Source of the DNA: Octopus vulgaris
Lineage: Eukaryota
NCBI GenBank assembly: GCA_951406725.2
Contig: OX597840.1
Coordinates: 4,216,001-4,280,000, forward strand
DNA length: 64,000 nt
Reading direction: 5' to 3'
Below, one piece after another: positions 13,462-64,000 of this stretch. The stretch's first letter is position 1. Every line of letters begins with the position of its first letter. The position numbers were made by a program, and so were the translations under genes. The notes under the pieces were generated by a model that searched no databases, had not been told where the DNA came from, and worked only from the letters and a program-made list of their open reading frames with translations.

Positions 13462-14334
13462 ATGTTTCGTTTTCATCCTAAAACATATTATACACACGGT
13501 ACAAAAAAATGTTTTTAAGAATTTTTAATGGCTTAATACATATCAAACAGACACTGGACCCTGCTTTAGAAATGTATTAATTTGATTCTGTTAGATAAAA
13601 TTTAGTTCTTGGATCATTTCAGTTTGAACGGCAGTTTTTTTCTAGTGGTGTCATATGAAATTGTCACCCATAATTATGACCCTAGTATCAATCTACTGCA
13701 TTTCAATCTGTTTTAGGGTTAGTTGGGGTTAGGGGTGGGGGAAAGGTAGCTTTTTTTCTTCAGAAATGTAAATAAACCCAATCTGATTCTTAAACTAGGG
13801 ACATATTCATACGGCACAGAATGTTTTTTTACCTCAACAGACGTCATTGATTGGTTGAAATTGCAGAAAAAAACCAACAAATATCTTACAAACTATAGAA
13901 TTTTCTCAATAAAGCCAAGAGAAAAAGATGTTTTATAAACACATTCTACCAGTATACGAAGTTTAAAACTTTTTAGTTACCTAGAAATTATTTTAAAAAC
14001 TGAAAAAAACTAGAAAAAAATCCCATTTTCCGTAGCGGTGTCGTATGAAATTGTCACACATAATTATAACCCTAGTATTAATCTATTGCATTTCAATCTA
14101 TTTTAGATTTAGGGTTAGGGGTAGGGGAAGGGTATTTTTTTCTTCACAAATGTAAATAAAATAGGCGCAGGAGTGGCTGTGTGGTAAGTAGCTTGCTAAC
14201 CAACCACATGGTTCCGGGTTCAGTCCCACTGTGTGGCATCTTGGGCAAGTGTCTTCTGCTATAGCCCCGGGCCGACCAATGCCTTGTGAGTGGATTTGGT
14301 AGATGGAAACTGAAAGAAGCCTGTCGTATATATG

Positions 14335-14369
<35 letters not shown>

Positions 14370-14999
14370 TTGTCCCTCTAGCATTGCTTGACAACCGATG
14401 CTGGTGTGTTTACATCCCCGTAACTTAGCGGGTCGGCAAAAGAGACTGATAGAATAAATACTGGGCTTACAAAGAATAAGTCCCGGGGTCGATTTGCTCG
14501 AGAAAAGGCGGTGCTCCAGCATGGCCGCAGTCAAATGACTGAAACAAGTAAAAAAGAGTAAAAATAGAGTAAACCCAATCTGTTTCTTAAAGGAGGGACA
14601 TATTCATTATGCACAGAATGTTATTTACCTAAATGGACTCCAGTGATAGGTTAAAATTGCTGAAATGCAAGTAATTTCAGACGAAATATCTTACAAACTA
14701 TAGAATTTTCTCAATAAAGCCAAGAGAAAATGATGTTTTATATACACATTCTACCAGTATACAAAGTTTAAAACTTTTTAGTTACCTAGAAATTATGTTA
14801 CAAAGTGCCGTTCAAAAGGAAAAGATCCGACAGTTTGACTGGAACTGGTTAGCAGGAGAGCTACACCAGGCTCCAGCCTGAATTTGGCTTGGTTTCTTAA
14901 CACCAACCACTCCGAGAGTGTAGTGAGTGCCTCTTATATGTCACCAGCACAGGTGCATTTGCATGTCAATGGCACGGAAGCTGTTATTGCCAAAGGTCA

Positions 15000-15668
15000 C
15001 AATCACCCGTCATCGTCTCTGTGAGATTCCACATTCGAAGATCGTGCTTCACCACCTTGTCCCATATCTTCCTGGGTCTGCCTCTTCCACAGGTTCCCTC
15101 CACGGTTAGAGATCAGCACTTCTTTACACAGCTATCCTCATCCATACACCTCACATGACCATACATGTGGTGTCACATTTGCTCAATTTTTCTCTCTTAC
15201 ACTGTTGTAAAGGCACACTGCCATTGCACATCCAGCAAAGCATGCTAGCTTCATTTTTTTCCAATTCTCTGCAGGTCCTCAGCAGTCACAGCCCATGTTT
15301 CACTGCCGAGCAGCATGGCTGTTCTCACACAGGCATCATACAATCTGCCTTTCGCTCTGAGGAACTTAGCTACCAACAAAAGTAAAAGCTCTCTGAACTT
15401 TGCCCTTATTCTTATTCTAGTAGCTATGCCCTCAGAGCATCCACCTCCACTGCTGACTTGGTCACCTAGATAACAGGAGCTATCATCTACTTCTAGGTAC
15501 CTCACCCCTGGCATTTGATGGATCTATTTTCTGTACATTTCTAGTGTTTATTGCCCCAGTACATCTGCCACACATAAAGACTTATTTTCCCTGCTAACCT
15601 TCCTCTGATATTGCTGCACCTCTTATGTGTCCATAGCTTGCACCGGGCACATCTTAATGAATTTCTAC
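15000..15668 (-). mobile_element. Degenerate RTE-like LINE fragment
   Basis: CYLGDQVSSGGGC..KGRLYDACVRTAMLLGSETW motif; frameshifts. Confidence 0.8.
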
Positions 15669-15669
15669 C

Positions 15670-16870
15670 TATGCTTCTTCTACATACTGAGCAATTCTAA
15701 AAAGTCTAGAGTTAATAATATCTATTTTCTTTTGCAAAATGTTTGGAAAAGAGTTTGTATCAAGTACCGACCGTATTACCCTTAATTTGTTTAGTGAATG
15801 GAATAGTAAACCAAATAGTTTTGTTCTTATTAGACTATTCTCTACATTTTCAATTATTATTGAATAAGATGTTTGCTTTTTAATCTTTTTATTCATACTC
15901 CGGTTAGTTTAAGAAAGATTAAAACAACAAAGTATTACATTGTTTCTCATATTTTGTCTTTGGGCTTTAATATTCTTATCTTTAATATTTTTCGATTTAT
16001 TCTTCGTTTTTCCGGTTATTAGATTTAAATCCATGTTAGCATCAGAAATATTTATGTTGTTGGAAGTGCTAATATTTACATTATGGGGACAATATACTAA
16101 TTTCTATTTATATCCAGTTTTATTAGGTGTGACATTATAATAATCGGCATTTTTATCAAAAATTTCTTTATAAGATGATAAATTTAAAATTCATTTAGAA
16201 ATATTACAAACTAAAAAAGTTTTCACAGAACCTGGGTGGTTGCTTTCGAAGTTACTATACCTACGATTAGAGCTGTGTTTATGTTATGGTTGATATTCAC
16301 CGGTAACAAGATTTAGATTAACGTCAAGGAAGTTCACCGATTCATGCCCATTTTTAATCGTTATAGAGAGTCCAAAATTCTTAAAAACCTGTGAGACTTT
16401 TTCTTATATAGTTCTATCTTCCTATTAGACATGTTTATAATGGTAAAAAGGGCAGCATCCCTATAAAGAACTCCTTCAATGTCAGGAAACTCCCTTCCTA
16501 GGATAAAAAGATAAATCCCAACTAAATCTGTAACTTGGGCAGAATCTGCCAATCCCATTGCTATATCAAACACATTCATACTATTAGTCTTGTTTTTCTA
16601 ATGAATGCTTGCGTTCAAGAAAAGATACACACAGCTGAGTTTGTCGTAGGTTAGCCCTACATATAGAAATGTAACTTCCTTTTGAAATTCTCCCTGAGGA
16701 AATACCCAATTGACTGGTTTCGAATATGAGAATTTGAATTGAATTTTATTTCTGTAATTGAGCTGATTGGTTGAATCTTGGCTGTTTTTTTTTGTTTTTT
16801 TTTGTCGGTCAATTATTTTTAGCGTTTTGACAGAAAAAAGTTTAACGTAAGCGTGCCCAAACAAGTCAAA
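15670..16870 (-). mobile_element. Decayed Penelope-like element RT/thumb region
   Basis: FDIAMG..DSAQVTDLVGIY, LYRD, VNFLDVNLNL.TGEYQP, SNHP and IWFTIPF motifs across broken frames. Confidence 0.85.
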
Positions 16871-17750
16871 TGCTTACACAGAGCAGGTTTTACAGCCACA
16901 TCATCCAAACCGACCGGGTTTGTCTGAACAATTTCTGAAACTTCTCACCTGTTTATCCAACATGTACAATTTTGTAATTCCTATTAACAAATGAAACGTG
17001 TGTAATGGAGAACAAATAATACCAAAATCTTTTTGCAACTTTTTGTTTTGATATAAACATCTCCACAGTGGAATGATAACACCAAGGACAGATAGATACC
17101 AGGGTGACACCATAGTAGGATGGTGAGAGGGGGTGCCATGCTAAGAGAAGTAAAGTTGAGCTAGGAGGAAAGAATGAACAGGTAGATGTAGGAGGTGATA
17201 TCGGGGAGGGGTAGCGACTTATCATTGGGGAAACTAAAGGCTAAGAGCGAAAGATGGTAGAATTGAGGAATGAAGAGAAAACTCTGGAGAACTGACAAAA
17301 TGAAAAATTGGAAAATGAAGATAGACAAAGAAAAAAGTTTTAAAAAGTATAAAAATATATTAAAAAACATCAACCATGTGGCCTGAGATACACCAATATC
17401 TTTTGGTAACATACCATGTGTACTAGTTACTAACACATGACGAAGATGTCACGCTGCAGGATAGAACCTGAAACCAAGAGCTTCAAACCAAACTCAATGA
17501 CCTCACAACCATGCCTGTACCAACTGTCTTAGCACATTCTTTCTCTTTACTCTTTTCAGTCATTTAACTGCGGCCATGCTGGAGCACCACCTTTAGTCGA
17601 GCAAATCAACCCTGGGACTTATTCTTTTGTAAGAACCAGTACTTATTCTATCGGTCTCTTTTGCCGAACCGCTAAGTGACGGGGACGTAAACACACCAGC
17701 ATCGGTTGTCAAGCAATGCTAGAGGGACAAACACAGACACACAAACATAT

Positions 17751-17787
<37 letters not shown>

Positions 17788-18497
17788 ACAGGCTTCTTTC
17801 AGTTTCCGTCTACCAAATCCACTCACAAGGCTTTCGTCGTCCCGAGGCTATAGCAGAAGACACTAGCCCAAGATGCCACGCAGTGGGACTGAACCCGGAA
17901 CCATGTGGTTGGTTAGCAAGCTACTTACCACACAGCCACTCCTGTGTCACACTATAAACTTATAGCTAGAATTTGCTGAAATTGTCTGTCCTGTCACATT
18001 GAACTTTGTCATAATTTTTATTACAATGAGGTCAAATCACTTCTTTGGAGATAGCTTAGTGATAGATTTTGGTTTAACAAAACAATGAATTTCTATGATC
18101 CAAAGTCTGTAAATTGGCTAAGGTATGTGTGTGTGTGTGTGTGTGTGTGAGTAATGGCATATGGCTCAATGGTTAGAGCGTTGGGCTTACAATCATGCGG
18201 TAATGAGTTCAATTCCTGGGCCAGGCTGTGTGTTGTGTTCTTGAGCAAGACACTTTATTTTCATGTTGCTCCAGTTCACTTAGCTATAGAAATTAGTTGT
18301 GACATCACTAGTGCCAAGCTGTATCAGCCCCTTTTGCTTTTCTCTTGGACAACATTGGTGGCATGGAGTTGGAAGACTGGCATGTTTAGGCAACTGCTGG
18401 ACTTCCACAAACAACCTTGCCTGGATTTGTACCTTGAAGGGCCACTTTCTAGGTGTAATCCCATTGTTATTCACGACTAAAGAAGGTCTAAAGATAT

Positions 18498-18808
18498 GTG
18501 CATCCAACTAAAATGCAAATATATGGGAAATTACCACCTGTGTCATCTCTTGTGAAAGGTAGGAGAGTCCAGTTTGCTGGACATTGTTGTAGAGCTGAAA
18601 AAGAAGTAATTTCTACTCTTCTCCTCTGGAAGCCATCTACTCGCACCACCAGAGGGCGCACACTCTCCTACCCTGATGTAATCTCCAGGGATACAGGCAT
18701 CCAGCAACAGGACCTCCGTAATGCTATGATGGACGGTGAAGTCTGGCGTAGCATGGTAAATTCCATTGTCTCGACCACAGTCGAACAATGATGATGATGA
18801 TGATGATG
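18498..18808 (+). mobile_element. RTE-like LINE 3' fragment, same family as 729-1190
   Basis: Near-identical sequence and (TGA)n tail. Confidence 0.85.
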
Positions 18809-18844
18809 TATATATATCTGTATAATTTAAACATATTTAATTAT

Positions 18845-19030
18845 GCGTGTGTGTGACCAGAAGAGAATTAATGCATTCGAGCTTTGGTGATGGAGAAGAC
18901 TTTTACGGATTCCATGGACAGCAAGGCTCACCAATGGAGAGGTTCTTAAGCAGATCAGGCAGAAAATGTCACTAGAAGCTAGGATCACCAAGCACAGATT
19001 GGCACATTTCGGTCCTATTATGCGGTTTAG
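18845..19030 (+). mobile_element. RTE LINE fragment
   Basis: Translates to RINAFELW*WRRLLRIPWTARLTNGEVL..HFG. Confidence 0.75.
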
Positions 19031-19167
19031 CAAAAGAGACCAGCAGAATAAGTACAAGGCTTAGAAAAAAAATAAACTATCCCAGGGTTGATTAAATTGA
19101 CTAAAAATTCAAGGTGGTGGCCAGGTATGGTTGCAGTCTAATGACTGAAATAGGTAAAAGACAAATG

Positions 19168-19400
19168 CCAAAGGTGTCACACAGTGAGATTGAACCTGAA
19201 ACCTAGTGATTGGGAAATTAACTTACACAACAGACACATCATACATCTAAAAATAGGAGACACATGGCAAAGGTGTCACACACTGGGATTGAACCTGAAA
19301 CCTAGTGATTGGGAAATTAACTTACACAACAGACACATCATACATCTAAAAATAGGAGACACATGGCAAAGGTGTTGCACACTGGGATTGAACCTGAAAT
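19168..19400. repeat. 99-bp tandem repeat, about 2.3 copies, SINE-head derived
   Basis: aaggtgt recurs at 19171, 19270 and 19369 with matching sequence between. Confidence 0.9.
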
Positions 19401-19469
19401 GAATTTAATAACATGGTCATACCAAACAAAAAAAAATAACAAACTATGTATATTTTTTTTTTAAAAAAA

Positions 19470-20206
19470 AAAGGGGGAAGAGGTTTTTTATTTCACAAAA
19501 TAAAATAAAATCAAAATATGTGTGTATATGTATGCACATAAATCTAAGTATGCATATATTAATGTATTTATATGTACATGTGTGTGTCTGTGTGCTTGTG
19601 ATGCCTGAGAAGGAGACAGACAGAGAAAGACACAGAGAGAGAGAGAGAGAGACGGAGAGCGGAAGGGAGAGAAAATAGAGACTCAGTAAACATGTGTTTG
19701 TGTATGTCTGTGTCTGTGTGTTTTCATTCAACAGAAGACAAGTGTAGTGCATGCATCGTATGCAACCAATGCACCGGTTGTATATGGCTTTATGGACCTG
19801 TGGTTAAAAATGCTGGACATACTCGGAAATAGTCACGGAATACTGCATTGGCTGTTAGGCTTGCTCTTGTTGTTGTTGTTTGTTGCGGGCAGGGGTCGTT
19901 AATGAGTGGGAATGGAAAACTTCTACGACAGGGGGGACAGGGAGAAGTCGGTTGCTAGGATAGAAATGCAGGGTAGGAAAAGTCTTCAGTATTTTCCCTG
20001 GTTTTTTTCCTCCCCTTTTCAATGGGTGGGTAGGGATGGAGGGTAAAATGGTCAACTTGACACACCAACACGAAACAGCTGTCACCAACATTGTCTTGTC
20101 TTATTTTTTTGGGTGGTTATTTATGTCTTTTTCTCTCTCAATTTTTTTTTTGATTTTTTTAGAACTTTTTTTTTCTTTTTAAAAACAAACCTACAAAAGA
20201 AATTAT
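19470..20206 (-). other. Probable terminal 3'UTR exon of RanBP2
   Basis: Acceptors tctttttcag (exon start 20206) or cttttgtag (20190); largely SINE-free sequence; AATAAA near its end. Confidence 0.5.
19487..19492 (-). terminator. Candidate polyadenylation signal AATAAA
   Basis: AATAAA on minus strand followed by a T/GT-rich tract (tttgttattttttttgtttgg). Confidence 0.45.
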
Positions 20207-20375
20207 CTGAAAAAGAGAAAAAAAAATAATTAATTTAAAATTTCATAAAATGTAGAAAAATAAACAAATTCAGAAAAATAAAAAAAAAGATTAAAAAAAT
20301 AAAATATATTTAAATTATAGAAGCACGCTCTATAGTAAAAACATTGTCAATACAACATCATCATCGTTTAACATA

Positions 20376-20858
20376 CAGCATCTCGAAAGAGTCCAGAAGC
20401 TGGCTACTCGCATGGTTCTTGGTCTCAATCATTTGTCTTATGAAGAAAGGCTGAAGACGCTCGACCTTTATTCTCTAGAAAAATGACGACGCCGTGATGA
20501 TCTCATTCTTGCTCACAACATCATAAGCGGAAAGTGTAACCTCTCGAAAGAGCTGTTCTTCACTCCTGCTCCAGAGCGTCGGCTGCGGGGTCACTCCGAA
20601 AAGCTCTATCTGTGACGATTTCATCTCAATCGAAGGAGAGGGGCTTTCTCCGTCCAGGTTGCGGATCCGTGGAATAAGCTGCCGGGCGAGATGGTGAAGA
20701 TGCCGACGACCGCTCGGTTCAAAGTCTCCCTTGACCACAAGTAGCCTGAACTCTTTACATGAACACCACCCTGTACATAACTCCATGTCGCCCTACATGG
20801 CCTTGCTTTTTGCTTTTTGAGCCAAAAATTAACTAATTAAACTAAGTAAACTAATTAA
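20376..20858 (+). mobile_element. CR1/L2-type LINE 3' fragment
   Basis: LERVQKLATRMV..LSYEERLKTLDLYSLE..RGH..FSVQV..WNKLP; short-repeat tail. Confidence 0.85.
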
Positions 20859-21671
20859 CATCCGCTTTCCATGCTAACATGGGTTGGACGGTTTGATTGA
20901 AGTCTGGCGAACCAGGCGGCTGCACCAGACTCCAATCTGATCTGGCAGAATTTCTACAGCTGGATGTTCTTTCTAATGCCAACCACTCCGAGAGTGTAGT
21001 GGGTGCTTTTACGTGCCACCGGCATGAGGGCCAATCAGGTGGTACTGGGAACGGCCACGCTCAAATGGTGCTTTTTACGTGCCACCTGCACAGGAGCCAG
21101 TCCAGCGGCACTGGCAACGACATCGCTCGAATGTTTTTTCACGTGCCACCAGCACAAGTGTCAGTAAGGCGAAGCTGGTAACGATCACGCTCGAATGGCG
21201 CTTTGCCAGACACTGTGGGCTTTTTTCTTATTGTTCAGGAAAAAATCCTTTAATTCTTAATCATTCAGATTACTCCTCTGTCAAAGATAATCCTTTATTC
21301 ACATTGTTTTGAATTAATCATATGTTATCTTGTAGCTTTGATATTTCGATGATGCAATTTGTATATTTTTTACGACATTGTAGGGTAGGCATGAGAAGCC
21401 AGATCTGGTCAGTCTAACCCTTTAGCATTCAGATGAATGTCAAATATAATACTCTCTTTTTACTCTTTTGCTTGTTTCAGTCATTTGACTGTGGCCATGC
21501 TGGAGCACCGCCTTTAATCGAGCAACTCGACCCCGGGACTTATTCTTTTGTAAGCCCAGTACTTATTCTATCGGTCTCTTTTGCCGAACCGCTAAGTGAC
21601 GGGGACATAAACACACCAGCATCGGTTGTCAAGCAATGCTAGGGGGACAAACACAGACACATACATACACG

Positions 21672-21718
<47 letters not shown>

Positions 21719-21942
21719 GATGGGCTTCTTTCAGTTTCCGTCTACCAAATCCACTCACAAGGCTTTGGTCGGCCCAAGGCTATAGTAGAAGACATTTGCC
21801 CAAGGTGCCACGCAGTGGGACTGAACCCAGAAGTACTTATTCTATCGGTCTCTTTGCCGAACCACTAAGTGACGGGGACATAAACACACCAGCATCGGTT
21901 GTCAAGCGATGTTGGTGGGACAAACACAGATATACAAACTCT

Positions 21943-22010
<68 letters not shown>

Positions 22011-22282
22011 TATATATATACATATATATAAATATATATATATACATATATATACGATGGGCTTCTTTCAGTTTCCGTCTACCAAATTCACTCACAAGGC
22101 TTTAGTCGGCCCGAAGCTATAGTAGAAGACACTTGCCCAAGGTGCCACGCAGTGGGACTGAACCCGGAACCATGTGGTTGGTAAGCAAGCTACTTACCAC
22201 ACAGCCACTCCTGAATAATGTTCATTTATTCACATTGTTTTGAATTAATCACACATTATCTCAGATTTGAAATTTCATTATA

Positions 22283-23376
22283 TACAAGGGGGTGTTGAAA
22301 AGTTCCTGGCTTTAAGGGTGTCGTGAAAGACCTGGTTGGAGGTCCAACCTTCTGAGTTCTTTTACAGGGCTTAGAAAAATCCCCTTGTGTATGTATGTAT
22401 GTATATACACACACAAATACATAAGACAGGGTGTTGTAAAGTTCCTGGGTTTAAGGGTATCGTGAAAGGCCTGGTTGGAGGTCCAACCTTCTGAGTTCTT
22501 TTACAGGGCTTAGAAAAATCCCCTTGTGTATGTATGTATGTATATACACACACAAATACATAAGACAGGGTGTTGTAAAGTTCCTGGGTTTAAGGGTATC
22601 GTGAAAGGCCTGGTTGGAGGTCCAACCTTCTGAGTTCTTTTACAGGGCTTAGAAAAATCCCCTTGTGTATGTATGTATGTATGTATATACACACACAAAT
22701 ACATAAGACAGGGTGTTGTAAAGTTCCTGGGTTTAAGGGTATCGTGAAAGGCCTGGTTGGAGGTCCAACCTTCTGAGTTCTTTTACAGGGCTTAGAAAAA
22801 TCCCCTTGTGTATGTATGTATGTATGTATATACACACACAAATACATAAGACAGGGTGTTGTAAAGTTCCTGGGTTTAAGGGTATCGTGAAAGGCCTGGT
22901 TGGAGGTCCAACCTTCTGAGTTCTTTTACAGGGCTTAGAAAAATCCCCTTGTGTATGTATGTATGTATGTATATACACACACAAATACATAAGACAGGGT
23001 GTTGTAAAGTTCCTGGGTTTAAGGGTATCGTGAAAGACCTGGTTGGAGGTCCAACCTTCTGAGTTCTTTTACAGGGCTTAGAAAAATCCCCTTGTGTATG
23101 TATGTATGTATATACACACACAAATACATAAGACAGGGTGTTGTAAAGTTCCTGGGTTTAAGGGTATCGTGAAAGACCTGGTTGGAGGTCCAACCTTCTG
23201 AGTTCTTTTACAGGGCTTAGAAAAATCCCCTTGTGTATGTATGTATGTATATACACACACAAATACATAAGACAGGGTGTTGTAAAGTTCCTGGGTTTAA
23301 GGGTATCGTGAAAGGCCTGGTTGGAGGTCCAACCTTCTGAGTCCTTTTACAGGGCTTAGAAAAACTCCCTTGTGTA
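22283..23376. repeat. About 139-143-bp tandem array, about 8 copies
   Basis: Near-identical units differing mainly in (TATG)n count. Confidence 0.95.
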
Positions 23377-23559
23377 TTTCTGTTAAAAGACACCCTTTAT
23401 TTCAATTCATTTTGAAAATACCAAAGAATTTAGTCATTTATTAAACCCATTAATATTCATATTATTCTGTCAAAATTAATGCCTTTTTATTCACATTGTT
23501 TTGAATTAATCAGGCATTTATCTTATAGCTATGAAATCTTGATGAAGTAACCCATAACC

Positions 23560-23975
23560 CATGGCCTCAGTCCACTTATGCATAGCGTTCCCTCTTGGGA
23601 CACAAAACTCTACTTGTGAAGACCTGTTGAGACAAGTGAAAATCGAAATCGATCAACATCAATGGAAATTATAGCTGTGACACCAGTGCTGGTGGCACGT
23701 AAGAGAACCGACTGGCTTCCGTGCAGGTGGCACGTAAAAAGCACCACCCGATTGTGGCCGTTTGCCAGCCTCGTCTGGCACCTGTGCCGGTGGCATGTAA
23801 AAAGCACCCACTACACTCATGGAGTGGTTGGCCTTAGGAAGGGCATCCAGCCGTAGAAACATTGCCAGATCAGACTGGGCCTGGTGCAGCCTTCTGGCTT
23901 CCCAGACCCCAGTTGAACCTTCCAAACCATGCGAGCATGGAAAGCGGATGCTAAACGATGATGATGATGATGATA
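23560..23975 (+). mobile_element. SINE family C with (GAT)n tail (representative; also about 5220-5400, 20860-21200, 30263-30455, 33730-34110, 39215-39455, 45755-46620, 49970-50325, 57000-57180, 62515-63265)
   Basis: Shared GGAAGGGCATCCAGC.GTAGAAAC and CATGGAAAGCGGA.G.TAAAC(GAT)n; internal GTGCCGGTGGCACGTAAAAAGCACC subunits. Confidence 0.88.
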
Positions 23976-24096
23976 GTGGGGTTAGTGCAAGAGGCTGGAT
24001 CTGGCCAGTTTGAACATAAAACAGACAAAATACGTTGGCTGGTTTAAATGCTAATGGATAAAGTTGGTGTTCGGAACATAAATTAAGTTGAAATTT

Positions 24097-24727
24097 GGAT
24101 CTTTTCCTTTTGAACGGCAGTTTTCAACACAATTTCTAGTTAACTAAACACTTTTAAACTTCGTATACTGGTAGAATGTGTCAAAATAAAACATCATTTT
24201 CTCTTGGTTTTATTGAGAAAATTCTATAGTTTGTAAGATATTATGCCTGAAAATCCAAGCATTTCGGCAATTTTAACCAATCGATTACCTCCATTCCACT
24301 AAAATCATTTGCTGCGTCTAAAACTGAGACAACATCCTGTAACTAACCCTAAACCTCCCCCCCCAAACCCTAACCCTAAATTTTTTTTCTTAATTGTTAA
24401 ATTAATTTAATTCCATTGCTTTAGTTTTTTTACACGCGTAACAATTAAATTAATTTAACAATTAAGAAAAAAATGTAGGGTTAGGGGGGTAGCGTTAGTT
24501 ACAGGATGTTGTCTCAGTTTTAGACGCAGCAAATGATTTTAGCTCAAAAGAGAGCATAGGATTGGTTAAAATTCGAAAAATTAAACTACGTTAAACAAAC
24601 AAATTACAATTTTCTCAAGAAAGCCAAGAGAAAAAAAATGTTTTATTTTGACACATTCTACCAGTATACGAAGTTTTAAAGTGTTTAGTTACCTAGAAAT
24701 TGTCTGCCGTTCAAAAGGAAAAGATCC
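24097..24727. mobile_element. Fold-back MITE, GG..CC termini, 8-bp TSD TGAAATTT
   Basis: Long TIRs starting GGATCTTTTCCTTTTGAACGGCAG; TGAAATTT at 24089-24096 and 24728-24735. Confidence 0.88.
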
Positions 24728-24766
24728 TGAAATTTTGATGGAAGGTTTTCATTTAGATCCCTTTAA

Positions 24767-24988
24767 CCCTTTAGCATTTAAACCGGCCACATCCGGCCAT
24801 AAGTATTCTCCCTGTTTTATGTTCAAACTGGCCAGATCTGGTCTCTCACACCAACCCTACAATATCATTTTAAAAATTAAAAACTACCTCATCAAAATCT
24901 CAAAGCTACAAGGTAATGCCCGATTAGTTCAAGGCAATGTGGATGAAAAAAACCTTAATTTTGGTAGAATAATGTGAACAGTAAAAGG
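24767..24988. mobile_element. piggyBac-type MITE (TTAA flanks; related copies about 42030-42658, 43866-44088, 61270-61383)
   Basis: TTAA|CCCTTTAGCAT ... TAAAAGG|TTAA. Confidence 0.75.
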
Positions 24989-25133
24989 TTAAAACACAAA
25001 GTTTGTACCACAGGACCAAGGACAGTCACAGGTGGGTTGATATGAAAAGGGTCAGGATTCAAGCTGGGATTTAACAACCCACTCACTTCCACCACCGATA
25101 ATTATCAAAACAAAAAAATGCCTTACCTGGTTC

Positions 25134-63796
<38,663 letters not shown>

Positions 63797-64000
63797 CTGT
63801 CAATAGAAAAAAATAAGAAAACAGGGAGTTGAAAGACAATAATAATAGTTTCTATTAAAGCAGGGGTCCTCAACCATTCTTTACCTTTTATTTTTTTTAT
63901 TCTTTTTCTGGTTTCAGTCATTTGACTGTGGCCAAGCTGGAGCACTGCCTTTAGTTGAACAAATCGACCCAAGGACTTATGCTTTGTAAGCCTAGTACAT

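Noticed and set aside
22283-23376. Possible CRISPR array or repeated small genes
   Set aside because: Whole units are near-identical head-to-tail copies with no spacers
24340-24495. TTAGGG/CCCTAA-like motifs suggesting interstitial telomere
   Set aside because: Only 1-3 units, internal to the MITE family (also at about 13350, 13715 and 14110)

Overview
Repeat-rich eukaryotic genomic DNA, most likely a coleoid cephalopod (Octopus-type SINE families, long TA/CA microsatellites; species assignment is inference). The main gene is a minus-strand, multi-exon RanBP2/Nup358-like nucleoporin and SUMO E3 ligase gene. It enters from beyond the right edge and runs from 63796 down to a stop at 25134. I traced 22 coding exons by hand using GT-AG sites and phase (about 7.07 kb CDS, about 2350 aa in window); one junction (58615 to 56589) is phase-unresolved. 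Domain order: end of the N-terminal helical region, coiled coil, low-complexity region, RanBD1, 3 RanBP2-type zinc fingers, RanBD2, a single IR-like repeat with CxGCxGC, RanBD3, and a divergent RanBD-like domain. No cyclophilin domain was found. A probable spliced 3'UTR exon lies at about 19470-20206. Introns and the left 19 kb are filled with SINEs, LINE fragments (RTE, CR1, Penelope, RLE-type), MITEs and minisatellites. The most striking non-coding signal is a rearranged (non-circularly permuted) hammerhead-like RNA in the 3'UTR of an RLE-LINE fragment (37101-37187). Also notable are a Penelope-type fold-back carrying minimal hammerhead relics and an inverted duplication positioned to circularise nine RanBP2 exons. 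Most long ORFs in the supplied track are microsatellite artefacts. All coordinates were counted by hand.
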